Shown in pieces: positions 1 to 8,056 of a DNA stretch of 64,000 nt (position 1 is the stretch's first letter; every line of letters begins with the position of its first letter). This stretch comes from Chloroflexota bacterium (GTDB lineage Bacteria > Chloroflexota > Anaerolineae > Anaerolineales > UBA4823), in NCBI GenBank assembly GCA_049325275.1, contig JBMOLU010000086.1, positions 27,437 to 91,436 on the forward strand, written 5' to 3'. A program made the position numbers and the translations under genes. The notes beneath the pieces are model-generated. The model worked only from the letters and a program-made list of their open reading frames with translations. It made no database searches and was not told the DNA's origin.

Positions 1-490
1 GCGCGTGCGGCCCGGCACGATCGTGGTCGAACACCGCTTGGGGTTCGTCTGCGCCAGTGCCGGCATCGATCACTCCAACGTGCAGGGCGATCAGGAGGGT
101 GAAGACTGGGTGCTGCTGCTGCCCGAAAACCCCGACGCCTCGGCGGCTGCCCTGCGCCAAAAGCTTGAAGCCGCCACCCATACCCGGCTTGGGGTGGCGA
201 TCATCGATTCGCACGGGCGCGCCTGGCGCCTGGGTGTTGTCGGCACGGCAATTGGCCTTTCCGGCCTGCCGGGGATTGTCGATCGGCGCGGCGCCCCCGA
301 TCTCTTCCGGCGCCCGCTGCGGATTACCCAGGTTGCGGCCGCCGACGAGCTGGCTGCCGCGGCTTCGCTGGTGATGGGGCAGGCGGCAGAAGGCAGGCCG
401 GTCGTGCATGTGCGCGGCTTTCCATATTCGTTACGGGAGGCTGCTTTACAGGAACTGCTGCGTCCAAGGGAGCAGGATATGTTCCGTTGA
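1..490 (+). CDS. cofE: Coenzyme F420-0:L-glutamate ligase (CofE), C-terminal part; the 5' end lies outside the window
   Basis: Translation contains VEHRLGFVCASAGIDHSNVQGD and RGAPDLFRRPLRITQVAAADELAAAASLVMGQA, typical of the CofE/FbiB-N family. The ORF runs off the left edge. Confidence 0.65.
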   Translation, partial: RVRPGTIVVEHRLGFVCASAGIDHSNVQGDQEGEDWVLLLPENPDASAAALRQKLEAATHTRLGVAIIDSHGRAWRLGVVGTAIGLSGLPGIVDRRGAPDLFRRPLRITQVAAADELAAAASLVMGQAAEGRPVVHVRGFPYSLREAALQELLRPREQDMFR

Positions 491-508
491 ACGCGAAAGT
501 CGAAGTGT

Positions 509-1075
509 ATGATAGATGTCAATGGCGTCGTTTCCCTTCTCGATAAGGCCCATGCAGACCGGTTGCAAGACATCTGGCGCATGCTGGAACAACACTGCCG
601 TCTGAAGGGCAAAAATACCGGGCTGCCTCCCCACTTTACCTGGCAGGTGGTCGCACAGTACGATTTCAATCAGTTCGAGCCACGGGTGAGCGCACTGGCG
701 CGGGCCGCTTCACCTTTTACCGTGCGCACCGCGGGCCTGGGGATTTTTTCAGGGCCTAGTCCCATCCTGTACATTCAACTGGTTAAAGATGCCCGTTTGC
801 TTTCCATGCACGAACAAATCTGGCAGCATTCTCAGTGCTGTGCCGTAAGTCTCAGCCCCTACTATGCGCCAGAGAGTTGGGTGCCCCACATCACCCTGGC
901 TGCCGGGGATGTAAACGCAGAAAACCTGGGCTGCGCGCTCGATCTCCTCGCCTTTGTGCCGTTTACGTGGGAAATTCCGGTTGACAATTTGGCGTTGTTG
1001 TCTCCTGATAGCCAGGGAGGCGAGAGCCTGGAATTGTTCCGCATTCCCTTCGAAGGAGATTGCCATGCAAGCTGA
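509..1075 (+). CDS. 2H phosphoesterase superfamily protein (LigT-like cyclic phosphodiesterase or 2'-5' RNA ligase family)
   Basis: Two H-x-T/S motifs (PHFTW and PHITLA) about 80 aa apart. Size is about 188 aa. Confidence 0.45.
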   Translation: MIDVNGVVSLLDKAHADRLQDIWRMLEQHCRLKGKNTGLPPHFTWQVVAQYDFNQFEPRVSALARAASPFTVRTAGLGIFSGPSPILYIQLVKDARLLSMHEQIWQHSQCCAVSLSPYYAPESWVPHITLAAGDVNAENLGCALDLLAFVPFTWEIPVDNLALLSPDSQGGESLELFRIPFEGDCHAS

Positions 1076-1433
1076 GTTCTGGCAGCATCTCGACGCATTG
1101 ATCGCTGCCTGCCCGGTGGTGATCGATCGCCCGTTGGGTTCGGCGCACCCACGTTACCCCACACTGGTTTATCCCCTCGATTACGGTTACCTGGACGGCT
1201 CTACCACGGTCGACGGTGGCGGACTGGATATCTGGGTCGGGTCGTGCGGCGAACGTTCGCTCACCGCCCTGGCGCTCACGGTGGATTTGTTCAAGCGCGA
1301 TGCCGAGATCAAACTCTTGCTCGGTTGCAGCGAAGCCGAACAGCAGGTCGTGCTGGATTTTCTCAACGGCCATTCCATGCGGGCCATACTCGTTCGGCGT
1401 CCTGTAGACGTTGCCGTGCAGGATAACGGGTAG
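1066..1433 (+). CDS. Small inorganic-pyrophosphatase-like protein (truncated family I PPase fold?)
   Basis: YPLDYGYL...DGGGLDIWVG resembles the PPase YPxNYGFIP...DGDPLDVLV segment. Only about 122 aa. The start overlaps the upstream gene end by ATGCAAGCTGA. Confidence 0.35.
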
Positions 1434-1443
1434 GCGTCATCCT

Positions 1444-4400
1444 ATGCCCAGCCTCACTTTCCTCTTCACCGATATCGAAGGAAGCACGGCCTTATGGGAA
1501 ACATACCCCCATGCCATGCGGCGTGCGCTGGCCTGTCACGACGCCGTGCTGCGCCAGACCTTCGAAACACACGATGGGTGTGTTTTTAAGACGATTGGGG
1601 ATGCTTTTTGCGTCGCTTTTGCCAACCCCGACCAGGCCGTTCAGGCAGCTGTGGCTGCGCAGCGCGCGCTCAAAGGCCAGGCCTGGGAAGAAACCGGCCC
1701 TCTGAAGGTCCGCATGGCTTTGTACCGCGGCGAAGCCGAGGAACGCAATGGCGACTATTTCGGCCCGGCGCTCAACCGGGTGCAGCGTTTGCTTTCTGCC
1801 GCGCACGGTGGGCAGATCCTGCTTTCACAGGGTTGTGAAGAGATGGCGATGGCCCTGCCCACCGGCGCTGACCTCATCGCCCTTGGCCGTCACCGCTTCA
1901 AGGGCATTCCACATCCCGAAGAGGTGTACCAGCTGGCTATTCCAGACTTGCCGGCCGATTTTCCTCCTTTACGTTCACTCGAAGCCCTGGTACACAATTT
2001 GCCGGTGCAGTTGACCAGCTTCGTCGGGCGCGAGAAAGAGCTTGCCGAAGCCAGGCGTCTATTGGAAACGGCCCGGCTGCTTACGCTTTCAGGGGTGGGC
2101 GGCACGGGCAAGACGCGCCTGGCCATTCAGATGGGCCACGTGTTGTTGGATGTTTTTCCTGATGGCGTCTGGCTGGTAGAATTGGCGCCGCTTGCCGATC
2201 CGGCGCTGGTTCCACAGGCCGTGATCAAAGCCCTCGGCGTGCAGGAGGAGCCTGGCCGCACGCCCCTGGCAACGCTGGCCGATTACGTACGCTCGCGCCA
2301 CATGCTGATCCTTTTGGACAACTGCGAGCATCTGATTCAAGCCTGCGCCCAGTTGGCCGGCGCTTTGCTGCAAGCCTGCCCACGGCTGCGCATCCTGGCC
2401 ACCAGCCGGGAGGCCCTGGGTATCCCCGGCGAAGTGATCTTCTACGTACCGTCGCTCTCTTTGCCGCCCTTGGACCCGCACTACACGCCCTCGGTCGACT
2501 CCGCGTCGACGTACGAGGCCGTGCAGCTTTTCGTTCAACGCGCAACCGCTGCCCAACCGTCTTTCAAATTGACGGGAGAAAACGCCGCCGCCGTGCTCAA
2601 AACCTGCATGCGCCTGGATGGCATTCCGCTGGCGCTCGAACTGGCCGCCGCGCGTGTGCGTACGCTGCCCGTCGAGCAGATTGCCCGGCGGATGGACGAC
2701 CGTTTCCGTTTGTTGACCGGCGGCAGCCGCATGGCACTGCCGCGCCAGCAGACGCTCCAGGCGTTGATCGACTGGAGTTACGACCTGCTCTCGGAGCCGG
2801 AGCGCCTGCTGCTGCGGCGCCTGTCGGTATTTGTGGGTGGCTGCACGTTGGATGCCGCCGAAACCGTCTGTAGCGACGATACGCCCGGGGAAGGCATCGA
2901 AGCCTGGCAGGTGCTCGATCTGATCACCCACCTGGCGGACAAGTCGTTGCTGCTCGTCGAAGAATCCGGCGGCCAAACGCGCTACCGTATGCTTGAAACC
3001 ATCCGCCAGTACGGGCGCGAGAAGCTGCTTTCGTCGGGCGAAATGCCGCGCCTGCGCCATCTCCACCTGGCTTACTGTACCGGTTATGCCGAACAGGCTG
3101 CGCCAGAGCTATGGCGCGCACAGCAACGTCACTGGCTGGACTGCCTGGAAAGCGAACGTGATAACCTGCGCGTCGCTCTGGAGTGGGGCGAGTTTGAAAG
3201 GGATGACATCGAGGCTGCCTTGCGCCTGGCCGTAGCCGCCGGATGGTTCTGGCTGGTGCGCGGCTACTGGCACGAAGCCAGTGGCTGGTACGCGCGGTTG
3301 TTGGCGCACTGGCCGCCAGAAAACGCTTCGCCGTTGGTGGCGCAGGCGCTCAACCTGGCCGGCCTGCTGGCAGCCCGGCAGGACGATCGCCAGCAGGCCA
3401 CCGATCTGCACGAAAAAAGCCTGCAAATTGCCCGCCGGCACGGTTACCGTTTGGAAATGGCGTATGCCTTGTACGGCCTGGGCTCGATTGGCTGGCAGTG
3501 GGGATTGCCGAAAACGGCCATTCCGCTGCTCGAAGAAAGCCTGGAAATCTTCCGGCAGTTGGGTGACCATACCGGGGTTGCCCTGGCGTTGGGCAATTTG
3601 GGCGGTTCCTTCATGCAGTTGGGCAGCATACAGCAGGGGGCCGCTTTCTTTGAAGAAAGCATGGCCGTTTGCCAGCGTATCGGCCATTTGTTGGGAGTTG
3701 CCGGCTCGACCATGGCGCTTGGCTATGCCGTCTGGTTCCAGGGTAATCTCGACCGCGCCCGCGCTTTGTTCGAGCAGGCGCTTGCTATCTTTTGGGAAAT
3801 GGATGACAAGTCGGGCATTCTGGAGACCCTGTCTGGTTTGGGCGGGGTGTGTACCGAAACCCGCGATGCGACCGCGGTGCCGCTTCTGCAAGAGCGGCTC
3901 TATCTTGCTCGCCAACTGGGCCGCCGCTGGTATGTGATCACAAGCCTGACTGCCCTGGGGCAGGCCCTACACGTGCTGGTAAGCGCCTCCCAGGCCCGTG
4001 AAACTTACCATGAAGCGCTTTCTCTGTTGTTGGAAGACGGTGTGCAGCCTCAGTTGGCTATCGGACGCGCCGCCCTGGGTTTTTGCGAGCAAATTCGCGG
4101 CAACCTGGATCAGGCGCAGCGTCATTTCGAAGTTGCCCTTGCAGAAGGATACGAAACGCAGCGCTGGCAAGCTGTTTTACCCGCCTTGCTGGGCCGCCTT
4201 GGTTTAGCCGTCATGGAGGGCCATCCACCGCCGGCTGCGCTGCTGGCACGCTGCGTGCGTTGGATGACGGTGGTCAGCCCATCCATTTTTCGCTTTCTCA
4301 CCTGGGACATTTCCGGCTGCGAGTTCAATCTGGGCCTGTTGCGCCAGGCGCTTGGCGATGCCGCCTACGAAGCTGCCTGCCACGAAGCGAGCGCGATGTC

Positions 4401-4458
4401 CTGGGATCAGGTCGAACCGGAAGTTTTAGGGGTACAAGCAGATTTTGCCGGTTTCTAA
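1444..4458 (+). CDS. Class III adenylate/guanylate cyclase domain fused to a STAND (NB-ARC/AAA) NTPase and C-terminal TPR repeats
   Basis: N-terminus has LTFLFTDIEGSTALWE...FKTIGDAFCVAF, a cyclase catalytic-domain signature. The Walker A motif is LTLSGVGGTGKTRLA. Many TPR-like LGxxxxxxG repeats in the C-terminal half. No C-terminal HTH. Confidence 0.8.
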   Translation: MPSLTFLFTDIEGSTALWETYPHAMRRALACHDAVLRQTFETHDGCVFKTIGDAFCVAFANPDQAVQAAVAAQRALKGQAWEETGPLKVRMALYRGEAEERNGDYFGPALNRVQRLLSAAHGGQILLSQGCEEMAMALPTGADLIALGRHRFKGIPHPEEVYQLAIPDLPADFPPLRSLEALVHNLPVQLTSFVGREKELAEARRLLETARLLTLSGVGGTGKTRLAIQMGHVLLDVFPDGVWLVELAPLADPALVPQAVIKALGVQEEPGRTPLATLADYVRSRHMLILLDNCEHLIQACAQLAGALLQACPRLRILATSREALGIPGEVIFYVPSLSLPPLDPHYTPSVDSASTYEAVQLFVQRATAAQPSFKLTGENAAAVLKTCMRLDGIPLALELAAARVRTLPVEQIARRMDDRFRLLTGGSRMALPRQQTLQALIDWSYDLLSEPERLLLRRLSVFVGGCTLDAAETVCSDDTPGEGIEAWQVLDLITHLADKSLLLVEESGGQTRYRMLETIRQYGREKLLSSGEMPRLRHLHLAYCTGYAEQAAPELWRAQQRHWLDCLESERDNLRVALEWGEFERDDIEAALRLAVAAGWFWLVRGYWHEASGWYARLLAHWPPENASPLVAQALNLAGLLAARQDDRQQATDLHEKSLQIARRHGYRLEMAYALYGLGSIGWQWGLPKTAIPLLEESLEIFRQLGDHTGVALALGNLGGSFMQLGSIQQGAAFFEESMAVCQRIGHLLGVAGSTMALGYAVWFQGNLDRARALFEQALAIFWEMDDKSGILETLSGLGGVCTETRDATAVPLLQERLYLARQLGRRWYVITSLTALGQALHVLVSASQARETYHEALSLLLEDGVQPQLAIGRAALGFCEQIRGNLDQAQRHFEVALAEGYETQRWQAVLPALLGRLGLAVMEGHPPPAALLARCVRWMTVVSPSIFRFLTWDISGCEFNLGLLRQALGDAAYEAACHEASAMSWDQVEPEVLGVQADFAGF

Positions 4459-4495
4459 CGTCCGCAGTCCGGCAACTTCTATCAGGAGGTTGAAT

Positions 4496-5488
4496 ATGGC
4501 AAAAAGAAAATCACCATGGCTCTGGCTCGGATGGGGCACCGGTCTGGGGGCGGCTTTGGCCACTTTTATGACCGGTTGGCGCGTCGGCCGGGCGATCATC
4601 GCTGCCGATCAGACGTTGCGGGCCTTACCGCCGCCCGGCCGCAGTTTTTCCGAACAACAGCAGCACGCTGCATATACGTTGATCCACGTCGTCGAAGACG
4701 GCATCGAGCGCATCACCTACACGCCCAACGTGCGCCGTTTCGAGACGCCAATCCTCATGCAGCACGGCATGTGGCATGGGGCCTGGTGCTGGCAGTTCTG
4801 GCAGGCCTGGCTCGCCGAATGGGGTTGGGAAAGCACCGCCATCAGCCTGCCAGGGCACGGCCGTTCGCCCGAACGGCGCCCGGTGATGCTTTGCACGCTG
4901 GAATATTACCTTGGCTTTCTCAAGGCAGAACTGGAGCGTCTGCCGCGCAAGCCGATCCTGATGGGGCATAGCATGGGAGGCGCCCTGACCCAGCACTATC
5001 TCAAGGATGTCGGTGACGATTTGCCCGCCGCCGTGATGGTCGCCCCCTGGAATGCGTTCGATGTTTTTGCAGACAGCATGCCCCATATGCTGCGCCTCGA
5101 CCCCCTGGGCTTTCTGGCGAGCGTGTTTTCGCTGACGGCCACACCGGCCGTTCGTAGCCCTCAGGCGGCCTCCCGGCTTCTGCTTTCTCCGAACAGCCTC
5201 TATACGCCCGTTCAGTTTCAGGCACACTTAGGCCCGGAGTCGGCCTTGATTCTGTTCGAACATCGCAAGCCCCACTGGACCCCCCCCGCCAAGCTGCACA
5301 CCCCGACGTTGTTACTGGCCGGCGAACGAGACGCCATCGTCACGTTGGCGGGATTGCGCCAGTCGGCCGCCCACTTTGGTGCCGACTTTGTCTCCATACC
5401 GGATGCCGGGCATAACCTGATGCATGCCCACAATGCCCACCAGACGGCCGGATTGATCCACAACTGGCTCTCGGCCCGCACGGCTTAG
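4496..5488 (+). CDS. Alpha/beta-fold hydrolase
   Basis: Nucleophile elbow GHSMGG, an HGxxHG-like region, and AGGAGG RBS-like AGGAGG 6 nt upstream of the ATG. Confidence 0.7.
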   Translation: MAKRKSPWLWLGWGTGLGAALATFMTGWRVGRAIIAADQTLRALPPPGRSFSEQQQHAAYTLIHVVEDGIERITYTPNVRRFETPILMQHGMWHGAWCWQFWQAWLAEWGWESTAISLPGHGRSPERRPVMLCTLEYYLGFLKAELERLPRKPILMGHSMGGALTQHYLKDVGDDLPAAVMVAPWNAFDVFADSMPHMLRLDPLGFLASVFSLTATPAVRSPQAASRLLLSPNSLYTPVQFQAHLGPESALILFEHRKPHWTPPAKLHTPTLLLAGERDAIVTLAGLRQSAAHFGADFVSIPDAGHNLMHAHNAHQTAGLIHNWLSARTA

Positions 5489-5515
5489 CCTCGGCTCGCC
5501 ACCCTCCAACAACCG

Positions 5516-6139
5516 ATGCCTCCTGCCTCGCCCGATTCGCCGCTCTCGGCCATCACCGCCCGCCGTTCGGTGCGCCGCTTTCGTCCCGACCCACTCCCGG
5601 ACGACGTGCTGAAGCGCATCCTCGCGGCGGCGACTTCGGCGCCTTCAGCGCACAACCGCCAGCCCTGGCGTTTCGCCGTGCTGACCACACCAGCGGTGAA
5701 GGTATCGCTCGCCGAAGCCCTGGCCGAAACCTACCGCGCCGACTTGATAGCAGACGGGCGTGCTGCCGAAGAAATCCACACTCGCCTCGAGCGTTCTCTG
5801 CGGCGCATTACGGCTGCGCCTGTGGCGATCGTGCTGTGTACGGATTTCGCTGCCGGCGATTTTTACCCCGATGCCGAACGTACGGCTGCCGACAACCTGA
5901 TGTTGGTGCAAGATGCTACCCTGGCCGGCGGCACGCTGCTGCTGGCCGCACACGCCGAGGGAATCGGGGCTTGCTGGATGTGTGCCCCCCTCTTTGCGCC
6001 TGCGACGACCCGCGAACACCTCACCCTGCCGGAGAGTTGGGAGCCGCTGGCCTTGATCCTGCTCGGTTACCCGGCAGAAGGCCAGGCTGTGCCGAAGCGT
6101 CCGCGCCTTTCGCTCGACGAAGTGGCGCGTTACTTCTGA
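5516..6139 (+). CDS. Nitroreductase-family protein, probably dehydro-F420-0 reductase (FbiB C-terminal-domain homologue)
   Basis: RRSVRRF...PSAHNRQPW nitroreductase motif. Lies between cofE and cofD. Confidence 0.55.
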   Translation: MPPASPDSPLSAITARRSVRRFRPDPLPDDVLKRILAAATSAPSAHNRQPWRFAVLTTPAVKVSLAEALAETYRADLIADGRAAEEIHTRLERSLRRITAAPVAIVLCTDFAAGDFYPDAERTAADNLMLVQDATLAGGTLLLAAHAEGIGACWMCAPLFAPATTREHLTLPESWEPLALILLGYPAEGQAVPKRPRLSLDEVARYF

Positions 6140-6189
6140 CGCTTGAGGTTCTCTCCTTCCCGTCGTTTCGGGAGTATAATCCGCCCGCT

Positions 6190-7173
6190 ATGCAAAATGA
6201 GAATTTTCATCGTGAACTTGACTACACCCATCTCAAGGTCGTCGCCCTGGCGGGTGGGGTCGGCGGTGCGAAGATGGTTCACGGGCTGGCCCAGTGCCTG
6301 CCGGCCGAAAACCTGACCGTAATCGTCAATGTAGGAGATGACTTCGAGCACTTGGGCTTGAAAATTTGCCCCGATCTCGACACCGTTTGCTATACCCTGG
6401 CCGGGATCGCCAACCCGGTCACCGGATGGGGACAGGCCGATGAAACCTGGCAGGCTTTTCACGCGCTGGAGAAGCTGGGTGGCCCCGCCTGGTTCCGGCT
6501 TGGCGATCGCGATCTGGCGACCCACCTGGAGCGCACGCGCCGTTTGCGCCAGGGCCAGCCGTTGAGCCAGATCACACGAGACTTTTGTAAAACCTGGCAA
6601 GTTGCCCTTACAGTTTTGCCAGTGACCGATGATTCCGTGCCAACCCGGGTGTATACTGAAAGTGGAGAATTGCCCTTCCAAGAATACTTTGTCAATCGAA
6701 AGTGTGAACCGCAAGTAAAAGGCTTTGCTTTCGATGGAGCGGAGAACGCCACTCCGGCTCCTGGTGTGCTCGAAGCCCTGCAAGCCGCTGATGTGGTCGT
6801 CATTTGCCCGTCGAACCCCTGGGTAAGTGTGGACCCCATTCTCGCTATCCCGGGGATTCGGCAGGCGCTTGCCCGGACGGTGAAGCAAGCGGCCGTTGCC
6901 GTTTCTCCTATCATTGGCGGGCAGACGGTCAAGGGACCGGCGGCAAAAATGTATCGCGAGTTGGGGATCGAACCCTCCGCACTGGCCGTCGCGCAGCACT
7001 ATGGCGGCCTGTTGAACGGTTTCGTCCTCGATCGCGCGGACATTCTCCAGGCAGAAGCCGTTCGCTCGGTGGGGATTCGACCCCTCGCCGTCGACAGCCT
7101 CATGCCCGATGCCCCTGCACGCCGCCGCCTGGCTGCCGAAATCCTTGCTTTTGCACTTTCCCTGGTGACGTGA
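6190..7173 (+). CDS. cofD: 2-phospho-L-lactate transferase (CofD/FbiA)
   Basis: LKVVALAGGVGGAKMVHGL N-terminal motif of the CofD/UPF0052 family. Start chosen at MQNENF, downstream of the overlap with the nitroreductase gene. Confidence 0.8.
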   Translation: MQNENFHRELDYTHLKVVALAGGVGGAKMVHGLAQCLPAENLTVIVNVGDDFEHLGLKICPDLDTVCYTLAGIANPVTGWGQADETWQAFHALEKLGGPAWFRLGDRDLATHLERTRRLRQGQPLSQITRDFCKTWQVALTVLPVTDDSVPTRVYTESGELPFQEYFVNRKCEPQVKGFAFDGAENATPAPGVLEALQAADVVVICPSNPWVSVDPILAIPGIRQALARTVKQAAVAVSPIIGGQTVKGPAAKMYRELGIEPSALAVAQHYGGLLNGFVLDRADILQAEAVRSVGIRPLAVDSLMPDAPARRRLAAEILAFALSLVT

Positions 7174-7213
7174 GATTACCCGTTTCCTTTCTTTTTCTTG
7201 GATAGAACAATTT

Positions 7214-7834
7214 ATGACACTTTGGGCAATCGTTCCTGTTAAACCTCTTCAGCGAGGCAAGTCTCGCCTCGCCGGCGTCCTCTCTCCAAACGAACGCCTG
7301 ACACTCAACCAGCAACTTCTGGTACATACCCTGAAAACCTTGAAGTGTATTCCGGAGCTCGAGCACGTGCTCGTCGTCAGCCGTGATTCGCAAGCGCTTT
7401 CGCTTGCGCGCCAACACGGGGCGCGCACCGTGCAGGAAGACGGCACCCCGCTCCTGAATGTGGCCCTGACGCGCGCCACGGTCTTTGTGCGGCGTTTTTC
7501 GACGCGCGGTGTGTTGATCGTCCCGGCAGATTTACCCCTGCTTACCGTCGAAGACGTGAGCAAACTGCTGGAGTACGCGCACGATCCGCCGGTGGTCGCC
7601 GTCGCCCCGGATCGCCATCGCGACGGGACAAACGCCTTGCTGGTTTGCCCGCCGGGGTTGATCGAATACGACTTTGGGCCTCATTCCTTCCAGAAACATT
7701 GCGCGCTGGCGCAGCAAGCCGGCGCCCGCCTGGAGATCGTCGAACTGTCTTCGTTGGCCTTGGATGTGGACTTCCCCGAGGACCTGGCCCTGGCTGAGCG
7801 GGCACTCGGGCAGTTTTACCTGGCCCGGGCCTAG
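7214..7834 (+). CDS. cofC: 2-phospho-L-lactate/PEP guanylyltransferase (CofC/FbiD)
   Basis: WAIVPVKPLQRGKSRL N-terminal signature. About 206 aa. Confidence 0.75.
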   Translation: MTLWAIVPVKPLQRGKSRLAGVLSPNERLTLNQQLLVHTLKTLKCIPELEHVLVVSRDSQALSLARQHGARTVQEDGTPLLNVALTRATVFVRRFSTRGVLIVPADLPLLTVEDVSKLLEYAHDPPVVAVAPDRHRDGTNALLVCPPGLIEYDFGPHSFQKHCALAQQAGARLEIVELSSLALDVDFPEDLALAERALGQFYLARA

Positions 7835-7983
7835 CGCAAGTAAGCCGGAAAAGGTGCTCCAGGCGAGATGCGGTCTGGGCGGTGAACCTTTTCGTGCAGG
7901 AAAAGTACAAGCGCCACTTGAGAGATGCAGCCTTCGATGCGTGTATAGTCTGTAACTTCTCAACAAATCGGGGCTTGGGGTGT

Positions 7984-8012
7984 TTTAGGCGGGCGAAGCC
8001 CGCCCAAAACGC
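7984..8012. terminator. GC-rich inverted repeat (gttttaggcgggc gaag cccgcccaaaac); possible terminator or attenuator after cofC
   Basis: 13-bp arms with one mismatch. No clear T-tract. Confidence 0.3.
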
Positions 8013-8042
8013 CCGGCATTTCCCAACTTTTTGAGAAGATAC

Positions 8043-8048
8043 TATAAT
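8043..8048 (+). promoter_or_regulatory. TATAAT -10 hexamer 8 nt upstream of the ATG at 8057; possible leaderless transcript
   Basis: tataatcttgagtaATG. No Shine-Dalgarno is possible at that spacing. Confidence 0.35.
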
Positions 8049-8056
8049 CTTGAGTA

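Noticed and set aside
2089-3066. 325-aa antisense ORF inside the cyclase-STAND gene, and many similar long antisense ORFs (e.g. 8675-9679, 20483-21397, 22259-23671, 45314-47311, 54678-56537)
   Set aside because: High GC content produces long stop-free antisense frames. Their translations are Arg/Ala/Gly/Pro-rich, carry no recognisable motifs, and overlap well-supported genes.
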